From Octopus bimaculoides (taxonomy: Eukaryota): a stretch of 50,700 nt of DNA. The stretch's first letter is position 1. Each line of letters begins with the position of its first letter. Of the stretch, positions 1 through 13,043 are shown piece after piece. Both the position numbers and the translations under genes were made by a program. The stretch is from NCBI RefSeq assembly GCF_001194135.2, contig NC_068989.1:5945872-5996571 (forward strand). The letters run 5' to 3'. The notes below the pieces were generated by a model, which worked only from the letters and a program-made list of their open reading frames with translations, was not told the DNA's origin and made no database searches.

Positions 1-1679
1 TATATGTTAAGTAAGATGAGACAATAAAGCCAAGACTGTATGGAATTTATGGGATATTTATAAAGAGAAAGGTAAATTATGTGGCAAAAATAAGAATAAA
101 CCTTAGGGGTGCGTAAATTACACAGGTAGGTCGTGTAAAAAAAGACGTACAAAACGTAAACATTTGTACTGGAAATTGACTCATTTAATGTCAGAATAGG
201 TTTTACAGAAAAAATAATGGCTTAAATATAATGAAGTTGACTTTTATCTATGCTGGACGATATAATGTTTACTTTTTCTGTATGAATTTACGAAAGCCAT
301 TAAATGGTTAATTACGTTTTGAAGTCTGAAGTTCATATTGGTAATCACGGTCCAGGCCATATTTTACAGTGCTTGGAGTTTCTACCTCTCGCAATGGAGC
401 ACCACTGACATACATAGTGATATGGATATTCCTGACTGAAAAAAAATGTAAAGATATGGATAATCTTGATTGTATGGTTTTATTTTTGTCTGTTTATTAC
501 TAGGCACAGTTTTAAGTTTGTTGTACTGTTTACGCCAATTTCGAACATTGGCTTCATTAACATTAAAATGTCTTCCGGCAGCTCCATTGTCACGTTTAAA
601 CGCATATTCAACATATTTAATTTCTCCTTCGCAATAAACAATTCGTAAGTTCTACCCATACTGATAATAACGGTAATGTCAAATTTTAACGTTTGCTTGA
701 CATTTTATAAGTGTGAAAGGGATTAAAACTTTGATACTCCGTGTCAAAGGTCTCCACAAGAATAGGCGGAAAATCAGAACCGGAGACAAGAAGACGCTTT
801 CGAACAATCAGAATTCTGTTTACATAATCAGTTTGATCGGTCACTTTCCTCTGTCGGTCGAGTGAAGTGTCATCCAAGCTGATGTTCATTGGTAATTAAA
901 CTTAATTTGTAACACTTGTGCGTATTCATCAACTTTGTTTTTGTTGGTAATTCTTATCAACAACTTTTCCTGTGATCATGATTTGAGAAGACATACAGCA
1001 GTATGCTAAAAGATCGGACATAATCCCTTGTGGGCAAGAAATGTAAAATAATGTTTATCTTAAACAACACAAACACTTTGTAATTTAATAGCTTTCAATG
1101 TGATACCTGTTAAACAGAAATTATTTTTATTTAATCAAAAGTTAATAAAATCATAGCTTTCAATGTGATACCTGTTAAACAGAAATTATTTTTATTTAAT
1201 CAAAAGTTAATAAAATCTAATCATTAGTAAATGAAATTATGCTAACTATAACAAAACTGAAAACCATTTTTTTCCTGGCCATNNNNNNNNNNAACAACTT
1301 TTCCTGTGATCATGATTTGAGAAGACATACAGCAGTATGCTAAAAGATCGGACATAATCCCTTGTGGGCAAGAAATGTAAAATAATGTTTATCTTAAACA
1401 ACACAAACACTTTGTAATTTAATAGCTTTCAATGTGATACCTGTTAAACAGAAATTATTTTTATTTAATCAAAAGTTAATAAAATCTAATCATTAGTAAA
1501 TGAAATTATGCTAACTATAACAAAACTGAAAACCATTTTTTTCCTGGCCATATCAGCAATTCTGAAAACTTTTAGGTGAAAATTTTACATGAGAAGAAGC
1601 ATTTTTTTAACAAATTTTATCCTGAAAATCACCTGCGTAAATTACACAGGTTGCGCAAATTACATAGGTTTTTACGGTA
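1..1679 (-). mobile_element. pogo-family (POGK/Passer-like) DNA transposon remnant, frameshifted, running off the window start
   Basis: Minus-strand 609-526 reads EYAFKRDNGAAGRHFNVNEANVRNWRKQ, a Brinker-type DNA-binding domain as at the N-terminus of POGK-like transposases. Terminus TA-CCGTAAAAACC at 1679-1667. Subterminal motif TGCGTAAATTACACAGG at 1634-1650, variant at 1652-1668, and again at 110-126. Confidence 0.75.
959..1552 (+). repeat. Direct duplication of about 260 bp across a 10-N gap; left copy has an extra 65-bp tandem unit
   Basis: 959-1282 and 1293-1552 are identical except that 1088-1152 is repeated at 1153-1217 in the left copy. Confidence 0.95.
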
Positions 1680-1759
1680 TTTAAACTGTTAGGGTTATTT
1701 TCGCACTTTACCCTGAACAACCCTTAAATAAGTAAATAGCATTTTCCTTAATAATAGAT

Positions 1760-2469
1760 CCACTTATTTCGGTTAGTGACTTATTCACCAATATACCATT
1801 AATGACGATGCCTTTCATGTCACTTCAGCCAATTGACAGGCGCTGCATGAAGTATTTTTCAGACTTATTTGAATTGTAATTATCTCATATCCGATTTGCC
1901 TGTTATTACGTAACATGCTGTGGCTGAAAGTAATACTCGCTTGTGGGAACTCAGCCATTTTTTCCTTTGCTTCATATTGACATAAAGACATAATTTTTCA
2001 TCGTTGATGAAGATGCACTAAAGAAATCTGTATGTGTCCACATGTAACTTCGTGTTGTGGAAACAAATGGCAGCGACAAAGAAACTCTGTAGACTGTCTC
2101 TTTCGTTCTGAGAGTGCGGCATTCCTGAACCGAATCCTTAGACCTTACCCCTTGCGTGAAAGTGGCGTGCAATGTTATCATCATGAGGACATCCAATCAG
2201 CTGAGCCAATACCTTGAGAGATTGGCGCCAATTCTCATGTATGAGCTCTTTCAATGGGTTCTCATTGAACTGAACAAATCAGTCGAAACGCAGAGAGTCT
2301 GTGAGATCTAATTTTCCCTCCTATTAGCGGGAAAGCATTTTCGAGCAGTTCTTTCAGTAACAGCGCCTTCTCTGTACGCAGCACAAATGTTTTGAGCAGC
2401 TTCGGAAGCTTTGGAACCTTGAGTGGAAGCGAAGTAGAAAAAGGTTTCGAAAATGCTCATTTTCTTCTT
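1760..2469 (-). mobile_element. mariner transposase pseudogene (N-terminal HTH to first catalytic D), 5' end lost in gap
   Basis: Frameshifted translation EENEHFRNLFLL / FASTQGSKASEAAQNICAAYREGAVTERTARKCF ... LIHENWRQSLKVLAQLIGC ... IARHFHARGKV ... FINDEKLCLYVNMKQRKKWLS. The last block corresponds to the mariner TGDEKW motif (D at 2000-2002). Confidence 0.9.
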
Positions 2470-3102
2470 NNNNNNNNNNNNNNNNNNNNNNNNNNNNNNN
2501 NNNNNNNNNNNNNNNNNNNNNNNNNNNNNNNNNNNNNNNNNNNNNNNNNNNNNNNNNNNNNNNNNNNNNNNNNNNNNNNNNNNNNNNNNNNNNNNNNNNN
2601 NNNNNNNNNNNNNNNNNNNNNNNNNNNNNNNNNNNNNNNNNNNNNNNNNNNNNNNNNNNNNNNNNNNNNNNNNNNNNNNNNNNNNNNNNNNNNNNNNNNN
2701 NNNNNNNNNNNNNNNNNNNNNNNNNNNNNNNNNNNNNNNNNNNNNNNNNNNNNNNNNNNNNNNNNNNNNNNNNNNNNNNNNNNNNNNNNNNNNNNNNNNN
2801 NNNNNNNNNNNNNNNNNNNNNNNNNNNNNNNNNNNNNNNNNNNNNNNNNNNNNNNNNNNNNNNNNNNNNNNNNNNNNNNNNNNNNNNNNNNNNNNNNNNN
2901 NNNNNNNNNNNNNNNNNNNNNNNNNNNNNNNNNNNNNNNNNNNNNNNNNNNNNNNNNNNNNNNNNNNNNNNNNNNNNNNNNNNNNNNNNNNNNNNNNNNN
3001 NNNNNNNNNNNNNNNNNNNNNNNNNNNNNNNNNNNNNNNNNNNNNNNNNNNNNNNNNNNNNNNNNNNNNNNNNNNNNNNNNNNNNNNNNNNNNNNNNNNN
3101 NN

Positions 3103-3153
<51 letters not shown>

Positions 3154-4069
3154 CATATATATGTATATGTAAGTATACACACACACATACACACATACAC
3201 ACACATATATATAAATGACTGCATACGCTTATGTGTATGTGTTTGTGTATGAGTTTGTCTTAATTATAAAAGCACAAACCTACTCGATATGAACTATACT
3301 GGAAAAAATTGTTATATGTGTAAAGTGAATGAATGAGAAGTGGATATAAGCATCTCCTGTCTCTGAATCATCTCCATTGAAGATCGCTGATATCCAATAC
3401 TAGTGCTGCGTGAAAAAACTCTAATGAATTTAATTGTCTGATTTACTTCACATGCACAAACACCCCCAAAAAATAGATACGTGCAGATACACAGACACAG
3501 ACAGAAACGTACACAGACAAATACACACGTAGAGGACTAGAGACAGATAAAAGCTGGAAGCGGCTAAAGGGAGACAGTCCAAAATATAGACTGGAGGACG
3601 CCAACTAGAAGGTCTTATTTCTGATAGAATCAATAAATGAAAATTTGAGTTTCGGCCATTTTAATTTTTATTTATTGGACAGAAGCGTCTTTCTCATTTA
3701 CAATATGTATGTATATGGGTACAGGCGTGCGCGTGCGCACACACACGCGCTCACAGGTATGTATTATAATATATTCTCATCTATTTCTTTTTGTATGTCT
3801 GCATACATATGTGTGTGTGTATACAATTATATGCTTTTAAAGCAGCATGAAAGCGATTTAGCTCTTATTTCAAGCATTGTAGGTGTTCAAATACACTCAG
3901 TCATATTTCGTGACAATTATAGTTTTCCTTTTTGGTAACACATCGCTAAACTACCGCCTACATTATATATATAGGGAGAATTCACAAAAAAAAAAGCAAC
4001 AACAGACGAAGACAGGTGGTGTAGAAAACAAACAGATGTATTAGTATAACGCTCGGGAATTGAAAAAGT

Positions 4070-4105
4070 CTTTAACGTTTCGAGCCTACGCTCTTCCACT
4101 GAAAG
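4070..4105 (-). ncRNA. degenerate minimal hammerhead-like motif (same family as 32179-32214)
   Basis: cttt-CAGTGGA-A-GAGC gtag GCTC-GAAAC-GTT-aaag. Stems I and II are retained but the core is mutated. Confidence 0.4.
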
Positions 4106-4572
4106 GAACACAGAAAGAAAAAAGGAGAGAAAAAAAGGAGAGAAAAAATGTGTGTAGTGGTTAGCGGTCTATCATATATATATATGNNNNNNNNNNNNNN
4201 NNNNNNNNNNNNNNNNNNNNNNNNNNNNNNNNNNNNNNNNNNNNNNNNNNNNNNNNNNNNNNNNNNNNNNNNNNNNNNNNNNNNNNNNNNNNNNNNNNNN
4301 NNNNNNNNNNNNNNNNNNNNNNNNNNNNNNNNNNNNNNNNNNNNNNNNNNNNNNNNNNNNNNNNNNNNNNNNNNNNNNNNNNNNNNNNNNNNNNNNNNNN
4401 NNNNNNNNNNNNNNNNNNNNNNNNNNNNNNNNNNNNNNNNNNNNNNNNNNNNNNNNNNNNNNNNNNNNNNNNNNNNNNNNNNNNNNNNNNNNNNNNNNNN
4501 NNNNNNNNNNNNNNNNNNNNNNNNNNNNNNNNNNNNNNNNNNNNNNNNNNNNNNNNNNNNNNNNNNNNNNNN

Positions 4573-4604
<32 letters not shown>

Positions 4605-4658
4605 TGTATGTATGTATGTACGTACGTATGTATGCGTGTATGCATATATACATACACG

Positions 4659-4845
4659 TTGCTTGACGACCGACTTTGGTTTGTTTACGACCCGTAACTT
4701 AGCGGTTCGGTAAAATAATCCGATTGAGTAAGTACCGATTTTTTTAGAAAGTAAGAACTACGATCGTTCTCTTCGATTAAAACCCTTCAAAGTGGTGCCC
4801 CAGCATGGCTGCAATCCAATGTCTGTTGCAAGTAAAAGATAAGAG
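4659..4845 (+). mobile_element. SINE family A, 3' half
   Basis: Matches 3' half of full copies at 19088-19510 and 45297-45715 (gcttgac..ccgtaacttagcggttcgg..ggtgccccagcatggc..gtaaaaga). Confidence 0.8.
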
Positions 4846-5320
4846 ACTACATTCCACTTTTACATCGACGACAGAACTGAAAAACTTTGCTTAGCATTCA
4901 CGAGTAAAGTGCTACTATTGTACACCAGACACATCCTGGGGCTGCTACTGACCAAACCATATACGAATATTGATTATTTCACGCACTAGAAACATTTCTT
5001 CCTGATTCTTTGTAAATCAATTTCAACGATGTTATCTCCACTCTAATGGATTATAAAGAAAACATATAAAATGGTCACCTTCAAGGTGAACTTATAACTG
5101 TATTCGCTCCGAGGGAATTTAGATAATGAAGCACAACAAAAATGGCTGACAGCGCATTGCATATAATTCATATTATTATCATAAATCAAATTGGAATATT
5201 CTAGTATGCAGTTGTATAAAAATATTATTTAAAGATTATTCGATTCTTTTACAGTTATCATGCAGCAAATAATTTGAATAAAACCTCTTTAAGCTATCTT
5301 TTCAGTCATATAATGTGTAT

Positions 5321-5321
<1 letters not shown>

Positions 5322-5410
<89 letters not shown>
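5322..5410 (+). repeat. compound (TCTG)n(TCTA)n microsatellite
   Basis: Directly visible. An inverted counterpart (GATA)n(GACA)n lies at about 5800-5905. Confidence 0.95.
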
Positions 5411-5411
<1 letters not shown>

Positions 5412-5809
5412 GCATGTTTATCAATCTATTTGTTATTCCCCCTCACTCTCTCTATATCTGTATATANNNNNNNNNNNNNNNNNNNNNNNNNNNNNNNNNN
5501 NNNNNNNNNNNNNNNNNNNNNNNNNNNNNNNNNNNNNNNNNNNNNNNNNNNNNNNNNNNNNNNNNNNNNNNNNNNNNNNNNNNNNNNNNNNNNNNNNNNN
5601 NNNNNNNNNNNNNNNNNNNNNNNNNNNNNNNNNNNNNNNNNNNNNNNNNNNNNNNNNNNNNNNNNNNNNNNNNNNNNNNNNNNNNNNNNNNNNNNNNNNN
5701 NNNNNNNNNNNNNNNNNNNNNNNNNNNNTATATATATATATATATACGGAGATATTCCTTCCTAGATAGATAAGTATTTAGACAAGTAGACAGACAGGTA
5801 GATAGATAC

Positions 5810-5890
<81 letters not shown>

Positions 5891-6358
5891 TAAATAGATA
5901 GACAGACAGACAGAGTGACAAAGAGATAGATAGATATGTAAGTAGGTAAGTACGTAGGTAGATAGATTCAATATGTGATTAATTTTATTTCCAAATGTCT
6001 CTTTATGCAAGTATGCACGTACGTAATAATGTATATATATATATATGCATACATGAATGGGTAGTTATATATGTAGGCATGTGCATATTATTCCATATAC
6101 TATTGCTCTAAATGTAATACACACACAGACACATACACACACATACACATACACACACAGACACATACACACACAGACACATACATGCACACGTGTTTGT
6201 GTATAATTATTTGTTATTAATATGGCTTTACAAGGAACGACCAATAACTATTTGTTTACAAATCAATATATTACATTACCCGGCCAAAACCTACACTCAC
6301 AGGAATGTATTTGAATTCACACACACGCACACGCACACACACACATACACACACACGC

Positions 6359-6396
<38 letters not shown>

Positions 6397-7094
6397 ATGC
6401 ACACACATACACATGCACACACGTGTGCAATAAATATAGGTTTGTAGGCGGCATTGATGTTAGAGTAAAAAATATTTTTCTTTGCTTGTTATTTAATCAT
6501 TATATGCATACTCTATCACCATTGCAGGCGACACACCTACATCCAATACATACATACATATAGGGGATGTATATATNNNNNNNNNNGTAGGTGTGTAGAC
6601 TGCATTAGTGACCGAGTAAACATATTACGATTAAATAACAAAGAAAGCAAGATATATTAATATTAGTTAATCGAATGGAAAATTCAAAGTATTTGCTTCT
6701 TTTTTTTTTTCAAAATGAAAGAATATTATCGACTAGGAAAGACAAAAAATACTTAGTAAGAATTCAAAATCCGAATCCAAACTAGAAATAGTCAGCGCCG
6801 GTTCTAAAAACAATCTCCTCTACTACAGGTTATCCCACAACACGTGTGTTTGAAAAAAGTTTAACGAAAGCGCTTACACTCAATGCAGAACTTTCCTCGC
6901 ACAAGGTTTGTGTTATTTTGTTATTTTCTACGTTGTTTTATAAAGTTAATTTTTACTTAAAAGAAAGTCTTCCTTCAAATATTGTGAAAAGAGTTAGACC
7001 TCAATATCGTTGAAAATGGAGGACTTTACTCATTGACGGTTTATACACATACGCACGCACAATATATTCTATCTCCATGCATATTGTGTTTCTG

Positions 7095-7220
7095 AGGTAC
7101 TTTCATCCTCTCGTGGGGGTAGGGGTTAGGCGGGGTCGATAAAAGATATACCAGTTGAGCGTTTGGATCAATGTGATTCCCCTGCCCTCAAAATTACTGG
7201 CCTTGTACAGAAATTAGAAT
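7095..7220 (+). mobile_element. SINE family B, 3' half
   Basis: tttcatcct..ggggtcgataaaa..taccagttgagc..aaaattactggccttgt matches the 3' half of 49083-49280. Confidence 0.7.
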
Positions 7221-7338
7221 TTCCAGGAAGTCGTCTTTTTCCCCATCCCGTCAGGAAGTTTCCTATTGCCCCTCCTCCCCTTCCTCGGAACTTTCCAGGT
7301 ACTCTCTCCTCCTCCCCCATGTTGGAACTTTCCAGGAA
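7216..7338. promoter_or_regulatory. candidate STAT / NF-kB-like motif cluster
   Basis: TTCCAGGAA at 7221 and 7330, TTCCTCGGAA at 7281, GGAACTTTCC at 7287 and 7324, CAGGAAGTTTCC at 7252. Confidence 0.35.
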
Positions 7339-8144
7339 GAACCTCCTCCTCTTCGGACTGGGCAGATTGAATAATGTAGTGCCTGAAAAATGGTAAATAT
7401 TTACGGCTAGAATGCCTTTAATCTTAGGACTTCCAAATCTTCGCTAATTTGGGATTTAACAACGATAACGACAATTTCTTATACCAATTTCTTTCAAATG
7501 CATTTAGGCTTTTATTTCATTTTGTCTTTATTTCTTTGAAGGAATATGAAAAATACACAGCGAGTGAATTTATTTCAGCCATTTCAATCAAACATTGCGT
7601 AAAGATGAAGCAAATAAGAATACAAGGCAAATCCATCGACCTGATGGAAAATGAAAACTAGAACCCTGACATAGTGAACTAAATACGATAATCTATCAGC
7701 TTGTCTATAATCTGTGGCATTAATACACTTAAGAAGCGGATGTATATAACATTGAAAGGACTTTACTTATATATGAAAAGGAAGTTGGTCGAGAAAATTT
7801 GTTATTTAAAGGATTTGATTAATGGAGGAAGCTTTTGACAGATGATGAAGAAAATCGCATCTTGTTTGAAAGCGCATATAAAATGGCTACGGCAAACTGG
7901 ATAATTTTCTCACAAGTTACTGAGACAGAAGGGAACCGATTAAGTCGACAGCTAAATGGAATAAAATGTTGGATTTATCAGGAACATCACAGCAATGATT
8001 GATTCCTGTCCACTGAGCAGACGACATGGAAACGAAATGGCGTTTGCAGCGGCAATTGCAACATCAGCAGAAGCAGTTTCAGCAATTTGCAATTTCTGTG
8101 TGTGCTCACATGAGTAAGAGAGGAAGAGAGAGTAAAGAGAGAGT

Positions 8145-8145
<1 letters not shown>

Positions 8146-8205
<60 letters not shown>
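8146..8205 (+). repeat. (GA)n microsatellite
   Basis: Directly visible. Confidence 0.95.
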
Positions 8206-8213
<8 letters not shown>

Positions 8214-8577
8214 AAGAAAGGGAGAGAGAGAGGGAGGGAGGGAGAGAAAGAGAGAGCTACATGTATTTTACTTGTGAATAGGATAAATATTTGGTATTTG
8301 AAATGATTGATAAAAATGGTCGTTATCGTTATGTCGCGCCTGATCAACTCTAATCGTATTTATCTATGGTTGAAACCATTCCAAACGTGACCATTCTGTC
8401 TTTTTTAGGCTTTAGAAGGACAACATTACCAAAAGTGTTCTTTCCTTAGGACAGTGACGTCATTTGAGCAATAAATTTCCGGCTATTTCTAACGGACAGC
8501 CATTTTGTGTGGAGAGTTGCTCGGTGATTCACCGACAAAAGACTTACCTGCCGATGTATTCGGTTATTTTCTTTTAC

Positions 8578-8882
8578 ATTTTACCTGTTTCTGTCAATGG
8601 ATTGCGGACATGTTGGAGCACCATCTTGAAGGGTTTTAGTCAAGTAAACCTACCCCAGTACTTATTTTAATACAAAAGTCTGTTCCTTATTCTACCGGTT
8701 TCTTTTGCCGAACGCGTAATTTCCGGGACCGCAAACTGACTGTCAAGACTTCTTTCAGCTTCCGTCTACCAAATTCACTCTCAAGTAGAAAACACTTGCC
8801 CAAAGTACGGTGCAGTGGGATTGAACCCGAAACCACATGGTTGCAAAGCCAGGTTGTTAACTACACAGCGATACCTGCGCCT
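8578..8882 (-). mobile_element. SINE family A, degenerate near-full copy
   Basis: Reverse complement of the family A head and body. Confidence 0.8.
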
Positions 8883-9984
8883 AAAAGAAAAAAAGAAACC
8901 CGTGGATGGAAAAAGTCAGAGGATACTTGTCTGATTCGAACCCACATCTTCTGTAAACAGGTCAGACGTTCTACCGTTATACCAAAGCATTCCTTATACC
9001 ATACAGATAAAATACCGACTTGATATAGACAATATCTGGAGATCTAAAAGTCCTCAGCTTCGACGAAACAAACCCTACAGGGATCAACAAGGGGAAAACC
9101 AACCACATATAAAATAAACGTTACACGAATATGTAAGCAGAAATAAGTAGAAAATTTCGCCGAACACAAGAGAAAAGAAAAGTGATGTTTAAAGAACACT
9201 CGAATATTGTTAAGTGAACATGAAAGCATTGAGAGAAAAATAAAGAAGGATTTAACGAATTGTAAACAGGTATCACGAGGCAGATTAAAACCGAACATGA
9301 CCACACGCTTTATATAATAGAGAAAAACCAATAGCACCTCTATAAACATCCACTAATAACATTGAAAACTTAGCCGTACAATACCGAGAGACAGCGTTGA
9401 ATGCAAGAAAAAGAACATTAATGACACAAACGAACGATGATGCACTAAGAGGAAAAACAAAGCAACGAAAATGAATTAAACAAGTATTACAAATATAAAC
9501 CACCTAATTCTGGCAGCAACCCAGAGATACTGGCATTGAACTCAATGAAAACAAAGCAAGAAAATGAGCTATTTAGAGAATATGGGAAGAGAAGCACTAG
9601 GAAAGAAAGAAAGACAAAGGAAATATATGTAGCAAACAATATATGAAGCTCACAATAAGAAGATGCAAATATCAAGCGAGGAAAGAAACTAACACTATGA
9701 GAGAAAGGAAGAAATTTTCATGATACGAAGGAAGAGTGTATAAACTTAAGAACAATAATTGAAAATCTCATCCAGGAAGTAAAAGCAAAAAAAAAAAAGA
9801 AAGAAAAAAAAAGAAAAAGAAAAATGAAACCTAAAGACTGAAGAGATTTGAGAAATGTAGAAATACATATGTATATATGTGTGTGTGTGTGTACATATTC
9901 ATATATATATAAATATATACATATATGTATGTATGTATATCTATCTATACACATATATATATATAATATAATATATTTATATGA

Positions 9985-10026
<42 letters not shown>

Positions 10027-10799
10027 NNNNNNNNNNNNNNNNNNNNNNNNNNNNNNNNNNNNNNNNNNNNNNNNNNNNNNNNNNNNNNNNNNNNNNNNNN
10101 NNNNNNNNNNNNNNNNNNNNNNNNNNNNNNNNNNNNNNNNNNNNNNNNNNNNNNNNNNNNNNNNNNNNNNNNNNNNNNNNNNNNNNNNNNNNNNNNNNNN
10201 NNNNNNNNNNNNNNNNNNNNNNNNNNNNNNNNNNNNNNNNNNNNNNNNNNNNNNNNNNNNNNNNNNNNNNNNNNNNNNNNNNNNNNNNNNNNNNNNNNNN
10301 NNNNNNNNNNNNNNNNNNNNNNNNNNNNNNNNNNNNNNNNNNNNNNNNNNNNNNNNNNNNNNNNNNNNNNNNNNNNNNNNNNNNNNNNNNNNNNNNNNNN
10401 NNNNNNNNNNNNNNNNNNNNNNNNNNNNNNNNNNNNNNNNNNNNNNNNNNNNNNNNNNNNNNNNNNNNNNNNNNNNNNNNNNNNNNNNNNNNNNNNNNNN
10501 NNNNNNNNNNNNNNNNNNNNNNNNNNNNNNNNNNNNNNNNNNNNNNNNNNNNNNNNNNNNNNNNNNNNNNNNNNNNNNNNNNNNNNNNNNNNNNNNNNNN
10601 NNNNNNNNNNNNNNNNNNNNNNNNNNNNNNNNNNNNNNNNNNNNNNNNNNNNNNNNNNNNNNNNNNNNNNNNNNNNNNNNNNNNNNNNNNNNNNNNNNNN
10701 NNNNNNNNNNNNNNNNNNNNNNNNNNNNNNNNNNNNNNNNNNNNNNNNNNNNNNNNNNNNNNNNNNNNNNNNNNNNNNNNNNNNNNNNNNNNNNNNNNN

Positions 10800-10840
<41 letters not shown>

Positions 10841-10864
10841 ATATGTGTGTGTGTGTGTGTATGT

Positions 10865-11040
10865 TTGTTCCCACTACCGACGTTAACTTGGTTACGTTCC
10901 CGTAACTCAACGGTTCGACATAAGAGTCCGATAGAATAAATATCAGACTTTAAAAAAAAGTATTGGGAGTGATTTTTCGGCTAAAACCTTTCAAGATTGT
11001 TCCCCATCATAGCCACAAGTCCAATGACTGCAAAATGATA
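10865..11040 (+). mobile_element. SINE family A, 3' half
   Basis: gttcccgtaactcaacggttcg..ccgatagaataa..atgactg. Confidence 0.7.
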
Positions 11041-11139
11041 CACTGTATCACTTGTGATACAAAGTATCTGGTCCTTTTAATAGTATTGTGAAAACGCATG
11101 ACTTCGTGGTTAGGTTTACCATAGTAAATTCATGAGTTT

Positions 11140-11368
11140 GATTTTCGGCAACTCGTTTTGCTCCGGTCCATTCAGCTGGCAAAAATGAAGTGTAGCTGCA
11201 TTTCAAAGGGCCAGCTTTGTCACATTCTGTGTCACGCAGAATCTCCATCAGAACAATGTTTAAGGATACGCGTGTTTGTGGAGTGTTCAGACACTTGCAT
11301 GTTGATCCCACGAGCAAGTTGTTTCGTTGATCGGATCAGCTGGGACAAACATCGTCGTAACCGACGGA
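11140..11368 (+). mobile_element. SINE family C body
   Basis: caaagggccagc..tgtcacattctgtgtcacg..cacttgca..gttgatcggatca..cgtcgtaaccgacggag, shared with 23491-23790 and 33948-34268. Confidence 0.8.
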
Positions 11369-11934
11369 GTTGCCAGTTTTGATAGTATTCATTATTTTGC
11401 TTTCTGGATTTTGAAAATAGGAACATCAAGAATCCATCGATTTTTAAACAACTTTTCCAATCCAAATCGTGTATACTTTGTTCCCATCATCCAATGGTTC
11501 TTTCATTTTATATTTTAGCGTCTATATGTTGTCTGTATTTCTTTTATTTTAATTCTTCAGTATGTTTAACTTCTGAGGTTTGTAAAATCACATTTTCAAA
11601 TGACGTGTCACGTAAAAGCAAGTGACAATAAAACAATTTTCTTCTATTTTAACATATTTTATTCTATTTTATTTTTGGACGTTTTAGGCGTAATTGAAAA
11701 ATCTCCAAATGTATAAACATGGTCGAAGAAAAGAACATGTTCGTCACATCCTAGTAAAAAGAAAAAAGGTAAAACACACAGAAACTTGTTCCAAATATCC
11801 AATCTTTCAGTAATCCAATCTTTGAGTTATCCAATCTTTCAGGAAGTCTAATAGAATCTGGAAGTTAATAACGTTTTGCAAAAGGGACAAAGGGTTGCTG
11901 AAAATGTTAGAATGATGTAAAAATAGGCTTATGC

Positions 11935-12465
11935 TTTATTTGTTTCAGTCGTTTGGCAGTGGCCATGCTGGGGCACCGTAACGAAGGGTTTAGTCGGTCA
12001 AATATACCCCGGTACTTATTCTATCGAACTTCTAGTTTTGGAGAACGGGAGTAAAAATCAACACCGTTTGTCAAGCGATGGGGAACAAACACAAAGACAC
12101 ACATATATATGACAGGCTTCTATACAGTTTCCGTCTACCAAATTCACTCACAAGGAATTAGTCGAACTGAGGTTATAGCAGAAGACACTTCCCTAAGATG
12201 CCTCGCAGTGGGACTGAACTGAAAACCATGCGACTGCAAAAAGAACTCCTTAACCACACAGCCATGCTTGTGCCTTTATGTCATTTACTTGTTTCAGATA
12301 TTTGACTGCGGCCTTGCTGGGGCACCGCCTTGAAGAATGTTAATCAACCGCATCGACCCCTGTACTTATTTTGTCGGTGTCTTTTGCAGCACTACTAAGT
12401 TACAAGGACATAAGCACACCGACACCGATTGTGAAGGTTAAACACAGATACACACACACATACAG
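11935..12465 (-). mobile_element. two tandem SINE family A copies (11935-12270 near full; 12283-12465 3' half)
   Basis: Reverse complements of family A, each beginning on + with tttgtttcag or ttacttgtttcag. Confidence 0.8.
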
Positions 12466-12467
12466 AC

Positions 12468-12515
<48 letters not shown>

Positions 12516-12861
12516 GTAGTAGTAGTAGTAGTAGTAATGATGATAATAATAATAATAATTGATGGAGGAAACGGAAGATAGATTCGGTATTAGTCTTTAT
12601 TCAGTATGACGGTCGTTTCGATTCATCCTGCAACTGTCCATCACGGGTAGGATTTTGTGCATCTAATTGTGTTGCAACACTCTGTGCAGTTTCTGTCACA
12701 TCAGGTACATGCACAAAGAAGGGAATGTCCCGCTTGATATACTGAGATGTCCTGGGCAAGTTGTTCTTAATAAATCTGGAACGCAGGATAGCTGTAGGTA
12801 CCCCAAGAAGGCGGGAAAAAAATGTTGCCAGCAGGTGGCTATCTACGACGAGCTTCTCTCA

Positions 12862-13043
12862 GTTTCCTTCTACCAAATTCACACACGAGATTTTGGTCGG
12901 CCCGGGGCTATAGTTGAAGATATTGACTCAAGTGACCTATGTGGCTGGAAAGGAAACTACTTACCACAGAAAGGGTTCCAGTTGATCCGATCAACGGAAC
13001 AGCCTTCTCGTAAAACTAACGTGCAAGTGGCTGAGCACTCCAC
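12862..13043 (-). mobile_element. SINE A fragment fused to SINE C fragment
   Basis: cagtttccttctaccaaattcac..ttggtcggcccgggg then ggttccagttgatccgatcaacggaacagcc..gtgcaagtggctgagcactccaca. Confidence 0.7.

Noticed and set aside
2193-2232. Four CCAAT boxes and palindrome ATTGGCGCCAAT suggesting an NF-Y/E2F promoter
   Set aside because: They fall inside the minus-strand mariner coding remnant (HENWRQSLKVLAQLIG), so they are explained by transposase codons.
5322-5905. Mirror-image compound microsatellites across a gap, suggesting an inverted duplication
   Set aside because: The unique flanks do not match, and GATA/GACA compounds are common in this window.
7231-7251. Minus-strand TGWGKRR resembling a GWamide neuropeptide cleavage cassette
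   Set aside because: Single occurrence with no signal peptide context. The surrounding repeats are out of frame with each other, so a nucleotide-level motif is more likely.
8990-9720. A-rich strand-biased stretch suggesting a decayed retroelement ORF
   Set aside because: No diagnostic motif could be read in any frame I tried.
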